From: Chitinophagales bacterium
GTDB taxonomy: Bacteria; Bacteroidota; Bacteroidia; Chitinophagales; CAIODY01
Direction of reading: 5' to 3'
NCBI GenBank assembly: GCA_947452995.1
Contig: CANGEV010000001.1
Location: forward strand, 389,040 to 453,039
DNA length: 64,000 nucleotides
The position numbers and the translations under genes are program-made. The notes beneath the pieces are model-generated. The model had not been told where the DNA came from. It did no database searches and worked only from the letters and a program-made list of their open reading frames with translations. Within the stretch, counting starts at the first letter, position 1. Each line of letters starts with the position of its first letter. Shown here one piece after another: positions 49,035 through 58,800 of the stretch.

Positions 49035-51947
49035 TTGCGAGATAAAATTCCAACATTGCTTTCAGGTTACAAATACATATCATTTATAATTCTTCTCTTC
49101 TTAGGGATTAACCTACAAGCTTATCAAAGCTATGCCCTTCCAAGTAGCGGAGGACATCCGCATACATTTACTTACAATAGCTCAATCCTTTGTATTGGTG
49201 ACACCTTGAAGGTACAAGATACCTGTATGCACGATCCATTTCAACCTGTTTCTCGACTTTGGAGCTTTTCCCCGGGTGCAAATAATTCAATCGTTCTAAA
49301 TCAGTTACAAGCAGCAGTTATTTTCACTACTCCAGGGATTAAAACAATCGCCTTAAGTGTCTATGACATTTTTAACGTCGCTTATACCGACACTTTACAA
49401 ATTTTAGTACGCGGTACAATTGCAGATGCTGGCGTGGCAAAAAAATATTGCAACAATACGTCTGGGGTGCAAATTGGAACTGCAGATACAACAAATGCTA
49501 CCCTGTTATGGACCGATGCTTTCGGAAACACATATGGATCTACTAGAATAATTACTGTTGCACCAAGCGTAAGCACTTATTATTATTTAACAGCGACTAA
49601 GGACGCATGTCTAACGAAGGATAGTGTATGGGTAATGAATGTTAATCCGCCTGCGGTAAACCCTGGCAACAACGCAACAGTATGTAACGGAGCGGCTGTA
49701 ACAATTGGCACTAGTGCTCAAAGCAGTTTAAGTTATTTGTGGTTCCCGAGCCTAGGTTTATCGGATAGTAGCATTGCGCAGCCAATCGCAAACCCATCAT
49801 CCAATACTATTTATACCTTATTTGTAACTGACACCAACCATTGCACGGCTAATGGCCAAGTCACTGTCAATGTAGTTTCGAATTTAATTGCCAGTCCGGG
49901 TAGCAATGTAAGTATATGTCAAGGTGATTCCATAAAAATTGGAGCGACAAAAAAATCAGGTTGGACCTATTCCTGGACACCAACTATCGGACTAAATAAC
50001 GCATCACTTGCTCAACCACTAGCCTTTCCCAAAAACAGCACCTCCTATCAATTAAAAGTTAGCGCTTTTGGATGTTCAGATTCAAATTCCATTCAGTTAA
50101 CAGTAAAAGCATTGCCTATTGTCGACTTCCAAGGTAAATATCTATACCGCAGTTGTACTGCTGATAGTATCACTGTGGGGGGAAATCCAATAACAGGGTA
50201 TCACTATTCTTGGTCACCGACTATCAATTTAATCAATCGTTTTAATGCTTCTGCAATAGCATTCCCCAATACTGACACCTGGTATACTTTAGAAGTTTTA
50301 GGCACAAACGGTTGTACCAATAAAGATAGTTTATTGATTGATGTTTTCGATTCAATTAAAGCCTATGCCGGCTTAGATCAAAGTATTTGTTTTGGCAATA
50401 GCATTATACTCGGGGCCCAATTGCAAGTAGCCTCGGGCGGTAGCGGTAATTACCTCTACCAGTGGCAACCCAGTCAAACATTAACAAATCCAAGCTTTGC
50501 GCATCCGATAGCGCAGCCGAGTGTAAGTACGCAATATATTTTAACGGTAAAGGATGCGAGCAATGCAAAATGCGGCTCCGCAAGAGACACTGTCGATATT
50601 ACTATTTATCCATTACCTAACTTTCAACTTCCTTTCAGAAAAATATTTTGCAAAGGGGAAGCGCCTATTACACTTTCGGCAATCCCTAACGGAGGACAAT
50701 TTTCTATTATTATTAACAATACTTTAATCCCGCTAAATACAAACCAATTCGACCCAAATGACACTGCCATTCACGTCGGAGTTCCTTACTTAATTCGTTA
50801 TCAATATACCTCCCCTCAGGGTTGTAGCTATGATACTGCGATTGCTGTAATAGTGAAAAACAAGCCATTAGCTAATGCAGGGCCCGACATCTTCTATTGC
50901 CCGGCAAGAGGCTATTATTCAAATCAACTCCTGGGTTTCGGTACAGGTGACCCAAGTTGGACAAACGCCTTAAACCTAAGTAATGACACCGTTTTCAATC
51001 CATTAGTCACAAATTTCATTTCGCAAGCTTTTATTCTATTAGTGGATAACGGAGCTTGTTCGGCACAAGACACCATGCAATTTGTGGTTTGTCAGGACTC
51101 CGTATCACTGATTGCAAATTACGACCGTTTGGAAACTAAAATTAACACCGCAGCAAGCATTCGAATCGAACGCAATGATAGTAGTTCAATAAACAAATAC
51201 GATCATAGTAATTTCGCCATACAAAGGCCTTGTAAGAACGGACTAGCCTACATAAATTCAACACAACAAAATAGCATGTTTTCCTATACTCCTTCTTACA
51301 ATTTTGTTGGTTATGATACTGCTATCTACATCATGCAGGACACTTTTGGTTTAAGAGTTTATAGTGACACGGCACTTTTATTAATTCGTGTTGGTCCTAA
51401 TGCGATTAACGATACATTTAATACAACACTTGGTACTATCAATTGCTTTGATAGTATTTTAAATATTGTTATTAACGACCAATATTCCAACAACGCAACA
51501 CCAACTATTTCAATCATAAAAAGTAGTAATTATGGCACCTTTAGTATTCAAAGTTTTGCCATTCATTTTCACGCTTCAGTAAAGACCTTTATTGACTCAT
51601 TTGAATATTCCATTACTCAAAATGGGGTGAGCGATACTGCTACGGTTTATTTAAATTATAACTGTCCTAGTTGTCATTGTCAAATACCTGAAGGTTTTTC
51701 ACCCAATAATGACGGCAAAAACGACTACTTAGAATTGATAAACACTGAAAACTGCATCCCTGATTGTGCGTTAATCATTTACAATCGTTGGGGAAATGTA
51801 GTTTATAGGACAGATCATTATGATACCAAATGGGATGGAAAATACAATGGCGTAGACCTTCCTGATGGAACCTATTTTTATTTGATAAATAGTTCAGAAA
51901 ACACGAACGGAGGAAAAAGCACAGGCTATTTGATTTTACAACGATAA
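49035..51947 (+). CDS. large cell-surface protein with tandem Ig-like modules and a T9SS type-B (gliding motility-associated) C-terminal domain
   Basis: TM/signal segment. Repeated modules carry C-x-G...W-x-P...L...A-x-P-x-A-x-P...Y-x-L...C. The C-terminus reads IPEGFSPNNDGKNDYL...IYNRWGNVVY...WDGKYNGVDLPDGTYFY. The TTG start at 49035 is uncertain. Confidence 0.8.
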   Translation: MRDKIPTLLSGYKYISFIILLFLGINLQAYQSYALPSSGGHPHTFTYNSSILCIGDTLKVQDTCMHDPFQPVSRLWSFSPGANNSIVLNQLQAAVIFTTPGIKTIALSVYDIFNVAYTDTLQILVRGTIADAGVAKKYCNNTSGVQIGTADTTNATLLWTDAFGNTYGSTRIITVAPSVSTYYYLTATKDACLTKDSVWVMNVNPPAVNPGNNATVCNGAAVTIGTSAQSSLSYLWFPSLGLSDSSIAQPIANPSSNTIYTLFVTDTNHCTANGQVTVNVVSNLIASPGSNVSICQGDSIKIGATKKSGWTYSWTPTIGLNNASLAQPLAFPKNSTSYQLKVSAFGCSDSNSIQLTVKALPIVDFQGKYLYRSCTADSITVGGNPITGYHYSWSPTINLINRFNASAIAFPNTDTWYTLEVLGTNGCTNKDSLLIDVFDSIKAYAGLDQSICFGNSIILGAQLQVASGGSGNYLYQWQPSQTLTNPSFAHPIAQPSVSTQYILTVKDASNAKCGSARDTVDITIYPLPNFQLPFRKIFCKGEAPITLSAIPNGGQFSIIINNTLIPLNTNQFDPNDTAIHVGVPYLIRYQYTSPQGCSYDTAIAVIVKNKPLANAGPDIFYCPARGYYSNQLLGFGTGDPSWTNALNLSNDTVFNPLVTNFISQAFILLVDNGACSAQDTMQFVVCQDSVSLIANYDRLETKINTAASIRIERNDSSSINKYDHSNFAIQRPCKNGLAYINSTQQNSMFSYTPSYNFVGYDTAIYIMQDTFGLRVYSDTALLLIRVGPNAINDTFNTTLGTINCFDSILNIVINDQYSNNATPTISIIKSSNYGTFSIQSFAIHFHASVKTFIDSFEYSITQNGVSDTATVYLNYNCPSCHCQIPEGFSPNNDGKNDYLELINTENCIPDCALIIYNRWGNVVYRTDHYDTKWDGKYNGVDLPDGTYFYLINSSENTNGGKSTGYLILQR
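49416..50609 (+). repeat. five tandem ~76-88-aa protein modules inside the type-B CTD protein
   Basis: Module boundaries fall at about residues 128, 204, 282, 359, 438 and 525. Each contains a Cys-x-Gly near its start, a Trp-x-Pro...Gly-Leu centre and a Gly-Cys near its end. Confidence 0.5.
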
Positions 51948-51959
51948 TAAGATGAGTGT

Positions 51960-52397
51960 ATGAAAGGAATTAAATTAGAAGATATTGACCAGCAAGAGGA
52001 AATAATAGCCTATTTAAAACAGATAGATTGGAGCAGTCCATATGGCATCTGTTTAGCCTTAGTTATTGCTGCAATATTTGTTATGTTTTTTGCGAGTCTT
52101 TACAGACTTTTTAGGCTTAAAGGCGTTCCTGGTTGGACAGCACTTATCCCCTTTCTCAATTATTCAGTGATGGCTAAAATAGGCGGTTTGCCTCCAATTA
52201 GTATTTTACTTCTATTTGTTCCGTACATCAACTTTTTGTTTGCTATGGTTTTAATTTTTAGATTTTTTAAGGCCTACAATAAGAGCATCTTATTTTGTGC
52301 AATTGGCTCGCTGTTTTTCATTGTTTTCCTTCCAATATTAGCCTTTCACAGTAATTTAGAAATTAACTCAAACAAACCAGATGATTATGCTGCCTAG
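51960..52397 (+). CDS. DUF5684-like small membrane protein
   Basis: LKGVPGWTALIPFLNYSVMAKIGGLP motif plus three TM helices. Confidence 0.5.
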   Translation: MKGIKLEDIDQQEEIIAYLKQIDWSSPYGICLALVIAAIFVMFFASLYRLFRLKGVPGWTALIPFLNYSVMAKIGGLPPISILLLFVPYINFLFAMVLIFRFFKAYNKSILFCAIGSLFFIVFLPILAFHSNLEINSNKPDDYAA

Positions 52398-53172
52398 TTT
52401 TAAATATATTGAATACAACTTCGAAGGGCGCGTTGCGAGAATCACCTTAAATCGTCCGGAAAAGCGCAATGCGCTACACCCAGATGTTGTTACGGAGCTG
52501 CAAGAAGCATTTGATGCTGCTGAAAAGGATGATACAGTTAAAGTAATTTTATTGGATGCCAATGGGGATGCTTTTTGTGCCGGAGCAGATTTAGCATATT
52601 TGCAACAGTTACAAAACAATAGCTACGCTGAGAATTTGGCGGATTCCACCCATTTAAAAAATCTATTCGATAAAATATACAGACATCCAAAAGTAGTCGT
52701 TGCACAAATTGAAGGCCCTGCTCTTGCTGGAGGTTGTGGACTAGCGAGTGTATGCGATTTTGCGTTTTCTGTCCCTGAGACTAAGTTTGGATTTACGGAG
52801 GTTAAGATCGGCTTCATCCCAGCTATTGTAATGATTTTCTTGGTGAAGAAAATAGGTGAAGGCGCCGCACGTGAATTACTTTTAACGGGTAATATCATTT
52901 CGGCAGAAAGAGCTTTACACCTACATCTAATTAATAATATCTTTCCAGCAGAGACAATCGCATTTGAAACAAAGGCTTTTATTGACCAACTGCTAAATAC
53001 CTGTTCTGCAGAATCATTAAAAACAACGAAGCAAATGTTGGCAAGTATTGGTGATATGAATTTAGAAGAAGCCTTTGCTTACGCTGCAGAATTCAATGCA
53101 AAGGCTCGTGCTGGTAACGACTGCAAGCGAGGCATTGCAGCTTTTTTGAACAAAGAAAAAATAACTTGGTAA
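52381..53172 (+). CDS. enoyl-CoA hydratase/isomerase (crotonase) family protein
   Basis: RITLNRPEKRNAL, FCAGADL and GPALAGG oxyanion-hole motifs. Confidence 0.88.
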   Translation: MIMLPSFKYIEYNFEGRVARITLNRPEKRNALHPDVVTELQEAFDAAEKDDTVKVILLDANGDAFCAGADLAYLQQLQNNSYAENLADSTHLKNLFDKIYRHPKVVVAQIEGPALAGGCGLASVCDFAFSVPETKFGFTEVKIGFIPAIVMIFLVKKIGEGAARELLLTGNIISAERALHLHLINNIFPAETIAFETKAFIDQLLNTCSAESLKTTKQMLASIGDMNLEEAFAYAAEFNAKARAGNDCKRGIAAFLNKEKITW

Positions 53173-53183
53173 AATATAAACAC

Positions 53184-53933
53184 ATGAAAAAACTGTTTTT
53201 TTTACTCACCATTCTAGTGGTTGGATTTACATCGCTCAAAGCGCAAAACATTCCATTTTCGATAAGTGAACCTAGTACTTTTAAGGCTCTTATACTTAAC
53301 GGCAATACCACATGCTCCATCCCTTTTACCTGTGAATATGTTGCTGATGAGAAAAATTCAGATTGGACAGGTTTATCTGCAAAGGAAAAACAACAAATCC
53401 TTAGCAATACTAATTTTGAGATAATACATTCGTCAGAACTCACAATGTGTAAATTGGTTTGCGTAAATCAACGATTAACCACATATACAGAAAACAATTC
53501 CGGAGAATCTTTACTCACTTATTTTGGAGATACTGTAGCGTTTAAATCAATTTTTACATTACAACGCGCAAATCCCTCTGGACAAGACATTACAGCAGAA
53601 ATATGCAATTCAGGCAAATATGACTATGAAGGATTTAATTGCTATTGTAACCGCTTCATGGGTAAAGGAGCTACACATCCCGAGGCTTGCATGGCTACCG
53701 CAAATTTCCCAGCGGTTAATACAATTTTCAATCTGTATTATGGATTTGAAAAGCCACGTTATTTCCCTGTAACATTCAATTTGCTTCTTAAAGGACATAG
53801 AATTGCTTTTACATTAAAGCAATTTACCTTTGAAAAACCTGCAACAACTCAAATGCCCCACATGGAAGATTTTGAAATTTGCAAAGAGCTTAATTTTGAA
53901 GAATTCTTCCTAAAGACTCCGGAATTAAGATAA
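53184..53933 (+). CDS. secreted cysteine-rich protein of unknown function
   Basis: Signal peptide MKKLFFLLTILVVGFTSLKAQ. About 10 Cys in the mature part. No recognisable motif. Confidence 0.45.
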   Translation: MKKLFFLLTILVVGFTSLKAQNIPFSISEPSTFKALILNGNTTCSIPFTCEYVADEKNSDWTGLSAKEKQQILSNTNFEIIHSSELTMCKLVCVNQRLTTYTENNSGESLLTYFGDTVAFKSIFTLQRANPSGQDITAEICNSGKYDYEGFNCYCNRFMGKGATHPEACMATANFPAVNTIFNLYYGFEKPRYFPVTFNLLLKGHRIAFTLKQFTFEKPATTQMPHMEDFEICKELNFEEFFLKTPELR

Positions 53934-54509
53934 GGTTTCACGAGATGCCCAATCTTCCCATAAACCATTTTTCTCCGCTTGAAAAAGTGTAGAATAATCT
54001 ATTTCGGAGCGTTGACGAAACGCCTCATAGATTGTAACAGCACATGCCACAGAGATATTCAAACTAGAAATCATTCCAATCTGCGGAATGATAAAATTAC
54101 CATCACAGAAGGCTCTCAACTCATCTGTCACTCCTGCATGTTCGTTCCCGAAGACAAGCGCTATGCTACCTTTAAAATTCATATCATAAATAGATACTGC
54201 TTCACTATTTAGGTGGGTACAAACCATACGATCGTACTTCGATCGTATTTTTTCTACCGCCTCCTTCATATCATCAAAATGATGCACCTTCACCCACTTG
54301 GAAGCGCTAGAGGAAGATTTCTTACCTAATCGACCACTTAATCGCTTAACACTATCAATGGTATAAACCTCAGAAATACCGACAGCATCGCAGGTACGAA
54401 GCACCGCAGCTATATTATGCGGATCATGTACATTCTCTAATACGACTGTTATATCGAAGCGTCTATTGTTTACAACGCGCTGTATTTTTTCAAATCTTTG
54501 AGGTGTCAT
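53925..54509 (-). CDS. SpoU/TrmH-family RNA 2'-O-methyltransferase
   Basis: 194 aa. VLENVHDPHNIAAVLRTCDAVG, FGNEHAGV and IPQIGMISSLNISVA motifs. Confidence 0.85.
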   Translation of the reverse strand: MTPQRFEKIQRVVNNRRFDITVVLENVHDPHNIAAVLRTCDAVGISEVYTIDSVKRLSGRLGKKSSSSASKWVKVHHFDDMKEAVEKIRSKYDRMVCTHLNSEAVSIYDMNFKGSIALVFGNEHAGVTDELRAFCDGNFIIPQIGMISSLNISVACAVTIYEAFRQRSEIDYSTLFQAEKNGLWEDWASRETLS

Positions 54510-54582
54510 ACTGCAAATGTACTATTTGGTGTAAAATTTGTACCAATTTTAATAAACGCAAATTTTTAACTATTTTAGAAAT

Positions 54583-56373
54583 ATGAATACAATTAACGTT
54601 ACTCGCTTATTTGAAATACTTCCCTATCAGCTGGAACATTTTCCCAAAAGTGATTGTGTTGTACATAAAAAAAACGGTCAATGGGTTAAAATTTCCACTG
54701 CGGAAATGATCGAACAAATTGATCAGCTTGCAAACGGATTGTATGAACTAGGCTGTCGTCCAGCTACAACAGATGAAGGGAAGCAAAAAATTGCACTACT
54801 TGCCAACAACCGTCCCGAATGGAATATTCTGGATAACGCACTCTTAAAATTAGGTCTTGTCATTGTCCCTGTATATCCAACGATTACAGACACAGAAATG
54901 GCCTATATTTTCAACGACGCAAGTATTGAATACGCCTTCGTGAGTGATGAAACACTTTTACAAAAAGTTCAAAATATCGCAGCGCAAGTTCCTTCTTTAA
55001 AAGGCATTTATACCTTCAATCAAATCCAAGGAGCAACGCATTGGTCGACGCTTCTCCTTCCAAACAAACCGCATCAAAAAGAAATAGATGCCATTGCAGC
55101 AGCAATAGACGAGGAAGAACTAGCAACAATAATTTACACATCTGGTACAACTGGTTTTCCAAAAGGTGTGATGCTGACACATAAAAACATCATGAGCAAT
55201 GTGCGTGATTGCGTTCCGATTGTACTTGTCCCGCTTTCTGTCAACGATCGTTTTTTAAGTTTTCTCCCAATGTGCCATATTTTAGAACGTATGGTCTGCT
55301 ATCTCATAATGAGTGCGGGGGTTGGCGTTTACTATGCAGAAAGCATGGAAACAATAGGCGAAAACATCAGAGAAGTACGTCCACATGTCTTCACGACAGT
55401 ACCACGACTTTTAGAAAAGGTTTTTGACAAAATCATGACGACGGGAAATTCCCTAAAAGGAATTAAACGAATCTTTTTCTTTTGGGCACTTTCACTAGGA
55501 TTACGTTACGAGCATTTAAATAAAAATGGCTGGTGGTACCATTTCCAATTACGAATCGTTGATAAGCTAGTCTTTTCAAAATGGCGTCAAGCACTTGGTG
55601 AGGAAGTCCGACTGATCGTGTCTGGTGGTGCCGCTTTACAACCAAGATTAGCACGTGTTTTCAGTGCTGCCAACATTATGATTTTAGAAGGTTATGGATT
55701 AACAGAGACCTCTCCAGTTATTAGTGTAGGCAGACCCTACCCTGGTCAAGCAGCTTTTGGTTGTGTAGGCTTTCCATTAGAAACGATTCAATTAAAATTC
55801 GCACCTGACGGTGAAATTTGTGTAAAAGGAACCAATATCATGAAAGGCTATTATAAAAAGCCTGAACTAACAGCAGAAGTAATCGATGCTGAAGGCTTCT
55901 TTCATACAGGGGATATCGGGCATTATACCTCAGAAGGGCAGCTTCAAATAACAGACAGAAAAAAAGAGCTTTTTAAAACGAGTGGTGGAAAATATGTTGC
56001 ACCGCAAATGATTGAAAACAAGCTAAAGGAGTCTAAATTCATCGAACAGGTAATGGTTTTAGGCGACGGCCAAAAATTTGTTGCAGCGCTTATAGTTCCG
56101 CATCAAGGTGAGATGAAAGATTGGGCTAAGACGCAAAATCTTCATGAATTAAGTTTGGAAGAATTATATCAAAATCGACAAACGATTGATTTAATTCGTA
56201 AGGAATTAGATATTCTCAACAAGGAGATAAATCATGTGGAGCAGGTAAAGAATTTTCATTTATTACCGAAGGAATGGACCATTGATTCAGGAGAGCTAAC
56301 ACCTTCTCTAAAATTAAAACGAAAAGTATTGTTGGAACGTTATTCGAATGAAATTTCGAAGCTGTATATTTAA
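54583..56373 (+). CDS. long-chain fatty acid-CoA ligase (AMP-dependent synthetase)
   Basis: AMP-binding motif IIYTSGTTGFPKGVMLTH, plus GYGLTETS, TGDIG and DRKKELFKTSGGKYV. Confidence 0.88.
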   Translation: MNTINVTRLFEILPYQLEHFPKSDCVVHKKNGQWVKISTAEMIEQIDQLANGLYELGCRPATTDEGKQKIALLANNRPEWNILDNALLKLGLVIVPVYPTITDTEMAYIFNDASIEYAFVSDETLLQKVQNIAAQVPSLKGIYTFNQIQGATHWSTLLLPNKPHQKEIDAIAAAIDEEELATIIYTSGTTGFPKGVMLTHKNIMSNVRDCVPIVLVPLSVNDRFLSFLPMCHILERMVCYLIMSAGVGVYYAESMETIGENIREVRPHVFTTVPRLLEKVFDKIMTTGNSLKGIKRIFFFWALSLGLRYEHLNKNGWWYHFQLRIVDKLVFSKWRQALGEEVRLIVSGGAALQPRLARVFSAANIMILEGYGLTETSPVISVGRPYPGQAAFGCVGFPLETIQLKFAPDGEICVKGTNIMKGYYKKPELTAEVIDAEGFFHTGDIGHYTSEGQLQITDRKKELFKTSGGKYVAPQMIENKLKESKFIEQVMVLGDGQKFVAALIVPHQGEMKDWAKTQNLHELSLEELYQNRQTIDLIRKELDILNKEINHVEQVKNFHLLPKEWTIDSGELTPSLKLKRKVLLERYSNEISKLYI

Positions 56374-56376
56374 TGC

Positions 56377-57792
56377 ATGCATTCATTTAACAAAATAGAC
56401 TTAAAGGCCCTATCCTATTTCTGTGAAATACTAGGTGATGATCGTGTGAGCACGGATGCAAGCATCCTGCAAAAGCACGCTTCGGATGAAACAGAAGACT
56501 TAGTTTATCCTCCAGAAGTTGTATTATTTGTAGCCACAACGGAAGAAATTTCGAAGGTATTAGCCTATTGCAATGAGCATCATTTCCCGGTGACAGTTCG
56601 AGGAGGCGGCACCGGATTAAGTGGAGGAGCATTGGCTATTTATGGCGGAGTGGTTTTAAACATGCAAGGTTTCAACAAAATTCTTTCCATCGATGAACAA
56701 AACTTACAAGCAATTGTGGAGCCTGGGGTTATTACAGAAGTTTTACAAAACGCTGTGAAGGAGAAAGGGCTTTACTACCCGCCAGATCCTTCTAGCAAAG
56801 GAACTTGTTTTATTGGAGGTAATGTAAGTGAAAACAGTGGCGGTCCGAGAGCCGTTAAATACGGAGTCGTAAAAGACTATGTTTTGAATTTAGAGGTCGT
56901 ACTAGCGAACGGTGAAATTATATGGACTGGAGCGAATGTATTAAAGAATGCCACTGGCTTCAATTTAACCCAGCTTATGGTGGGCAGTGAGGGCCTATTA
57001 GGCGTGATTACCAAAATTGTTTTGAAGCTAATCCCCTACCCTGACAAGAATCTATTAATGTTGGTGCCTTTCCCTTCGGCAGAGCGTGCATGTGAGGCGG
57101 TAGCTAAAATTTTCCAAGCCGGCTATACGCCTAGTGCATTGGAGTTTATGGAGCGAGATGCTATAGAATGGTCATTAAAATTCAGCACCGAACCCAGTGT
57201 GCTTCCGATAGGCGATTCGGTACAAGCGCATTTACTGATAGAGGTGGATGGTAAAGAAGATGCGGTATTGATGCAAGAAATAGAAGGAATTGCAAGTGTC
57301 TTAGAACAATTAGGTTGCGACGAAATATTATTTGCAGATAATGAAGCAGAGAAAAACAGATTGTGGAAGCTTCGTCGTTCGGTTGCGGAGGCTGTAAAGG
57401 CTCATTCCATCTACAAAGAAGAGGACACCGTTGTTCCTAGAGCTTCCTTACCATTGCTCTTAAAAAAGGTTAAAAATTTAGGGAAAGAATATGGGTTTAA
57501 GAGCGTTTGTTATGGTCATGCAGGTGATGGGAATTTACATGTAAACATCGTCAAAGGAGACTTGAGTGATTCGCAATGGGAAAATGATTTACCCAAGGCA
57601 ATTCATAGGCTTTTTGAATATGTGCATGAATTAGGTGGGACCATCAGTGGTGAGCATGGCATTGGATTAGTGCAGAAGGAATATATGCCAATCGTTTTTA
57701 ACAAAACACAATTAGAATTAATGAGCGGGATTAAAAACCTATTTGATCCCAACGGAATATTGAACCCAGGAAAAGTTTTTCCAACATGCTAG
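56377..57792 (+). CDS. FAD-linked oxidase (GlcD / D-lactate dehydrogenase-like)
   Basis: PCMH-type FAD-binding motif VRGGGTGLSGGA. C-terminal GTISGEHGIG and DPNGILNPGK. Confidence 0.88.
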   Translation: MHSFNKIDLKALSYFCEILGDDRVSTDASILQKHASDETEDLVYPPEVVLFVATTEEISKVLAYCNEHHFPVTVRGGGTGLSGGALAIYGGVVLNMQGFNKILSIDEQNLQAIVEPGVITEVLQNAVKEKGLYYPPDPSSKGTCFIGGNVSENSGGPRAVKYGVVKDYVLNLEVVLANGEIIWTGANVLKNATGFNLTQLMVGSEGLLGVITKIVLKLIPYPDKNLLMLVPFPSAERACEAVAKIFQAGYTPSALEFMERDAIEWSLKFSTEPSVLPIGDSVQAHLLIEVDGKEDAVLMQEIEGIASVLEQLGCDEILFADNEAEKNRLWKLRRSVAEAVKAHSIYKEEDTVVPRASLPLLLKKVKNLGKEYGFKSVCYGHAGDGNLHVNIVKGDLSDSQWENDLPKAIHRLFEYVHELGGTISGEHGIGLVQKEYMPIVFNKTQLELMSGIKNLFDPNGILNPGKVFPTC

Positions 57793-58220
57793 ACGATGAA
57801 TATTATATGGGACTTGCGCTACGTGAAGCGCAAAAGGCCTACGACAATGACGAGGTTCCTGTCGGAGCTATCATCGTATGTGAAAATAAAATTATTGGAA
57901 AGGGATATAATCAGGTGGAGCAATTAAAAGACGCTACAGCCCATGCTGAAATGATTGCTATTACGGCAGCATCGAATTACCTTGGGAATAAATATCTACA
58001 GAACTGCACGCTTTATGTTACGCTTGAACCTTGTGTGATGTGTGGAGGTGCCATGCATTGGACGCAAGTAAATAGAATCGTTTATGGCGCCTCTGATCCG
58101 CGTGGCGGATTTTCTAAGCTGACGCCGTCCGTACTACATCCCAAAACACAAGTGATTTGCGGAATCATGGAGGATGATTGCGCTGCGATGCTAAAACGTT
58201 TCTTTCAATCGAAGCGATAA
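57786..58220 (+). CDS. tadA: tRNA adenosine(34) deaminase
   Basis: VPVGAIIV, HAEMIAI and LEPCVMCGGA zinc motifs. Confidence 0.9.
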   Translation: MLDDEYYMGLALREAQKAYDNDEVPVGAIIVCENKIIGKGYNQVEQLKDATAHAEMIAITAASNYLGNKYLQNCTLYVTLEPCVMCGGAMHWTQVNRIVYGASDPRGGFSKLTPSVLHPKTQVICGIMEDDCAAMLKRFFQSKR

Positions 58221-58231
58221 AAATAACAAAG

Positions 58232-58726
58232 ATGTCGAAGCAAAAATCAATCACAATAAAAGGAAACAAAGAAGTTGATTTCGTTGTCTATGGTCTGTTA
58301 ACGGATGAACTAGCAGATTATCAAATCGCCATGGCTTTAAACGAAAAAATGAGATGGAATTTGCGTAGCTATTTACCCATGGAAGACTTAGAGGCCGATC
58401 CTCCATATAAATTCCATTTTTTTGGAGAAAATAACCAATCAGGCCATTTTCAAATCGCATTATGGCGAAACTGGCAAAATGATCAGGTTTTCAATCCAGA
58501 ACTAAAAACCATCCAGTACTTCCTACGTGTAACGGGTGAATGGGGCGAGGCTCAGGATGCGCAATTAATGAAATCTCTCAAAGAAATTTTGGGCAGCACC
58601 AATGCCATTAACATTAAAGCTGAGCTATTAAAAAATCCAGAATATTTTATGTTTCAAATAATGTCCAGAGAACAGAAAGAAGAACGAAATCTACGCGCAA
58701 AACTCAGAGAAAGTAATATAAACTAA
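58232..58726 (+). CDS. IPExxxVDY-family-like protein (degenerate motif NPELKTIQY)
   Basis: VDFVVYGLLTDELADYQIAMALNEKM... and ...FNPELKTIQYFLRV resemble the family signature as I remember it. ATG at 58232 preferred. Confidence 0.45.
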   Translation: MSKQKSITIKGNKEVDFVVYGLLTDELADYQIAMALNEKMRWNLRSYLPMEDLEADPPYKFHFFGENNQSGHFQIALWRNWQNDQVFNPELKTIQYFLRVTGEWGEAQDAQLMKSLKEILGSTNAINIKAELLKNPEYFMFQIMSREQKEERNLRAKLRESNIN

Positions 58727-58768
58727 AGATTATTTGCTGAATTATTGGGAAGCTTGACCGCGTTTAAC

Positions 58769-58776
58769 TACCTTTG
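58769..58776 (+). promoter_or_regulatory. -7 promoter box (TAnnTTTG) for carA
   Basis: TACCTTTG lies ~25 nt upstream of the GTG start at 58801. Confidence 0.3.
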
Positions 58777-58800
58777 TTTTCCAATAAGACCTAAATAAAA

